NCBI RefSeq assembly: GCF_033153115.1
Contig: NW_026889754.1
Location: 11,532,001-11,596,000 of the forward strand
Length of the DNA: 64,000 bases
Source of the DNA: Saccostrea echinata
Taxonomy: Eukaryota
Direction: 5' to 3'
Shown: positions 60,131 through 64,000 of the stretch, piece by piece
Layout of the letters: each line of letters starts with the position of its first letter
How positions within the stretch are numbered: position 1 is the stretch's first letter
Notes under the pieces: generated by a model
The model's database searches: none
What the model was told of the DNA's origin: nothing
Seen by the model: the letters and a program-made list of their open reading frames with translations, nothing else
Translations under genes and position numbers: made by a program

Positions 60131-60959
60131 CAAGAAAGCTATTCACAGAATTATTTTGATTTTTTGCCGGCAACATCAACTGAGGGTCAGTAACTTGATG
60201 AAAACAGCATGAACTATGTCCAATGTGTAAAGCATACTTCATTTGATACTCTCATTACCTTTCAACAGTTCCTTACAGCCCTATAACACTAATATTACTC
60301 TTGATTTAGAACTCTCTTGGCTCCCGCAGCGAGACCTTTTATATGTTTCTCCTTGGAGCCCGAACTTTATCCGCAAGAATTTCACTTTTTGATAGCCCTG
60401 ATCTATACTAAATTTATGCTAAACTTTAGGTATACTAGTCATGGCCGTAGGAACCGGGGGGGGGGGGGCGTGCCCCCCAATAATTTTGCCGATATATAGA
60501 TTACTATAGTAAACATAGGTAGTATATGCTGGTGCCCCCTCATAAAAAACGTCTGATGACTTTTTTTTTTTTTTGCTTGTCAAGGAATTATTGGAAGTTG
60601 ATTACCTTTTTTTTTTTTTTTCCTTGTCAGGAAATTTTTTGTAGTGCGCCCTCAACTGGCAACTGAGAAATGTATGGCTGTGCCCCCCCCCCCCCCCAAA
60701 CTGAAATTGCTAGTATTAGGGAAGCAGACGCTCACTTTTACAGAAAATAAATCTTAGTAATCTGGACTGTGTTCTTTTGCCTGATTTCTTTTGTCCACGT
60801 AAATTTATTTATTTATTAATTATTACTATTGTGTTTATATGTAACTTTTATTTTTGTTCTTCTAATTTATAATCTTCAATAATGTTTCAAATATGTTTGA
60901 TTGTACGTTGTACTGCTGAATTTGAATCTCCGTTTCGGAGGAAATAAAGAATTTATGAA

Positions 60960-61175
60960 TAAAGAACATCTGCGCCAATTTCAACCAAACTTGCCACAAT
61001 GCAGCCTTTGGTAAAATGATGGGCCAAACGGTGTTTTGTTCTTTGCTTAAAAATTGGCCTAGTGGTTCTTAAGAAGTTGAAAATGCGAAGTTTACAGACG
61101 GACTGACAGACGGACGGACGACGGTCAACAGGTAACCAGAAAAGCTTATCTGAACTTTTAGTTCAGATGATTTAA
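60960..61175 (-). mobile_element. Degenerate HINE terminal fragment
   Basis: AGTGGTTCTTAAGAAGTTGAAAATGCGAAGTTTACAGACGGAC... is similar to 55828-55965. Confidence 0.65.
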
Positions 61176-64000
61176 TAAAAAAGTGATTGTTATTGTACAT
61201 TTTAAATAATACATGTATATCAGAAAAGTTGTCCTTGTGAAAAAAGAGGAAAGTGCAAAAGCTGCCAATGCAGACGAAGAGGAGGCACAAACAGTTGAAT
61301 CCCTGCTGTCAATTTAAGCCCTGCTCTACTAAACAGGTAAATATCTCGTCTAAAACCTTTTATCAACAATTCAAGACAAAAATACATGAAAATTGGTTAG
61401 ATATGCAGTTCCATTAATTTTTAGTCATAGAATCGTCATCATCCATATGCTATACACAGTGTGTTCCTTGGAGGATGGCTGTAGGAGTTCTCCTCAATTA
61501 TGTTGATGAATTGACACCAGATAAGTTCCTCCATATGAAAAACAGTGCAGATTTTAAGATCGTAAGCAGCAAAACTTGTTAGACAATTCATATGTTGTGG
61601 CATTAGGTGAGATCGGGATAGGCGATCCCTAAGAAGCTGTGGAGACATCAAGACGATGTTTCCCGCCAAGTGCTTAATTTAAATCGTAAGGATAAAGTCC
61701 TTGTCCTTCACTTGCCTGGAATTGCCACTTACAGGATGGGAATGGATAGATACGCACGCTGTATTCAATTACTGAGGAAAATGTGTGATCCAAACCAACC
61801 TATAAATCTTCTCTGCTTCATAGGCGCTCCAGAGAGTCAACGAATGGTTGGATAGTTGTCCAAACGTCTATTTCGGATTCACATGTGCTGTAGCGAACTT
61901 TAGTGCTGATCAAATTTCAGGTCTACAATCCTTCCTATGAGCCGCTTAAACCTAATGACTTTACTCACATACATTTTGAAGTCTTTAGTACTAAGAACAA
62001 TAAGATGTAAATAGTGACGACGTTTTTCAGAAAGGCCTCTTGGATATATACACAGAAAATATGACTTTGAATTTATGTAAAAATACAAGTATACATCTGG
62101 AAATAATAAAGAAGACGTATCAGAACAAACTGAAATACAGTCGACACTTCTTAATGCAATGAAATCAATGAGAAAAAAAGAGAGCTAAAATTAGACCTCC
62201 TAGATTCTCACGAAGAAAACGGATCAAGAGAAAAATTAAAAATTACTATAGTGTACTAATGTTGCATGTATGCGATATGAAGAAAATGACTTGCTCAATT
62301 AAGTCATATACAACCTATGAAGCTCATTTTTCAGAAAAGTAAAATAAAATAATTTAGACATAAACATAAAAAATATTTCAAAAAGAAATCAGACTTCTTG
62401 ATTCTCAACTGATCTAACATTCAGTGAATTATATCTTATATTTGTGACTCATGTCTAACAATCATTACAAAAACTAAAGATCTTCGTGAGTTATGTAAAA
62501 TGAATCTCGCTTATATATCTTTGCATCAGAATAAACAAAAAAGGACATGTATATATCATATACATATTGTAAGAAAAGTATAAGGAAACAAAATCAGTAC
62601 AGAATGTAGACCATTTTTACTATGATAATAAAGTGCCCCGCCACAGCATGATACGCCCGTCAAATATTGTTCAATTATCACAAACAGTTTAGAGTGCAAG
62701 AAAATCAAGTCAACCTTGATACATGTACAAGGATTTCCAAGATTTTTCCATTTCTTATAATTTTTGTTTATACATTCCCTGTGGTGTAGGCATTATAACA
62801 AATATTACATTATAGATCCTCAACTGGTAGTGTCGGAGCTTGACAAATGCCCATCTGCACCCCCCCCCCCCACATCTTTCATATTTGTGCGACATGATGC
62901 TCTGAAATTTACTAGTTGATATTTTCAAAAAATTAAATAAGAACATCATATTAAACAATATCAATTTAGTCTTAACAACTTAATCTATACCAATTTAATT
63001 TTAAAATAAAAGACTAGCCATCAAATGGCATATGCTATAAACTGACCAGCAGTTCTTCTGTCTAATTCCCAAAGGATACAGATAAGAGCTGCTTGATCAG
63101 AGATCCTCTAACTGAAATGATTGAGACAGCTAGCCTTCCTACACTGAACTCATTAATTAATCTTTAACTGGATGCATGTCCACTCATTACTCCCAAGGGG
63201 ATGAATGGATCTGCGCTATCTGCTTTGTATTGCAATTAAAATGCATATTTATGTCATTCTGAATTTAAATTTGAAAACGAAGATTTTTTTTTCAATTTGT
63301 TACAAAGATTTATAAAAAGAAAAAAAAATTGTAATCTTGATGCAACATTTTTTAATAAGGTTTCTGCTTGACTCTTAGATTTGTAGGGACTATCTACCAT
63401 AATTAAAACTTTTTTTTAAAATACTTGTTTTTTTTATTTTTTAGATTCAATGTCAGAGTGGTTTTAAGCTGCAATTCATATGGACAATGGGCATGCTAAT
63501 TCAAATTCCAATATCATACCCCCCCCCCCCCCCGATTATAATTAGTTTTAATTAATTAGTTTATGATACGATATCAAATGAGTTTATTATACAATATCAA
63601 ATTAGTTTTAATTACTTTTCACTAAATTCATTTTAAAAGTTAGGCTAGCCCATAAAAACTATTTAATCCAACATGGCTGATTCCTCTGCCCAATTCCCAA
63701 GAGATATAGATAACACCTGCTTGATCAGAGATGCTCTACCAGTTAGCTCCTCACACTAAACTCATTAATTTCTCTCTAATTTGACATGCAATTTTCTGTT
63801 ATCAAAATTCTCCTTGACCAGTGCTTGATAATTACACCCATGGGAGAGGTGGAATTTCTCTTGTAACATTATATTTGTTATAGATTGCTGTAAAGTATAT
63901 AATGAAAAAAATAAGTATTTCTTGATTTTAACATTTTTTTAATAAGGATACTGCAACACTTTTACATTTTTTGGGATTGTGTAATTTAATAGTAAAAAGG

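Noticed and set aside
60440-60710. MITE beginning CATGGCCGTAGGAACC with G/C runs
   Set aside because: No matching opposite TIR or TSD could be identified.
61439-61900. Possible decayed coding fragment on the minus strand
   Set aside because: Composition looks coding-like, but there are many stops and no motif I can assign with confidence.

Overview
AT-rich eukaryotic DNA, most likely an oyster or other bivalve (inferred from Helentron/HINE elements carrying a Cg170-like 166-bp satellite and from bivalve-type tRNA SINEs). No conserved host housekeeping gene is visible; the window is a dense nest of mobile elements. In order: (1) a CCC-ended, TA-flanked EnSpm/CMC-like non-autonomous element containing a SINE; (2) a CAGT-ended TIR element split by a ~9.9-kb TTAA-flanked Kolobok-type element, whose 8-exon gene fuses a DDE transposase to an intact DEDDh 3'-5' exonuclease and a PML/Exuperantia-like C-terminal domain (the most notable item); (3) a long-TIR MULE-like element with a full-length split-direct-repeat (PAT/Ngaro-type) DIRS retroelement at its centre; (4) a full-length decayed Gypsy element with a tRNA-Leu PBS, a GTAA TSD and an extra C2H2 zinc-finger ORF; (5) Penelope-like RT and GIY-YIG fragments, an orphan 5-exon gene, two remnants of a Crypton-like tyrosine recombinase, a Kolobok MITE, a second Kolobok transposase remnant and several Helentron/HINE satellite carriers. 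Exon structures and family calls were made by eye from motifs; no database search was run.
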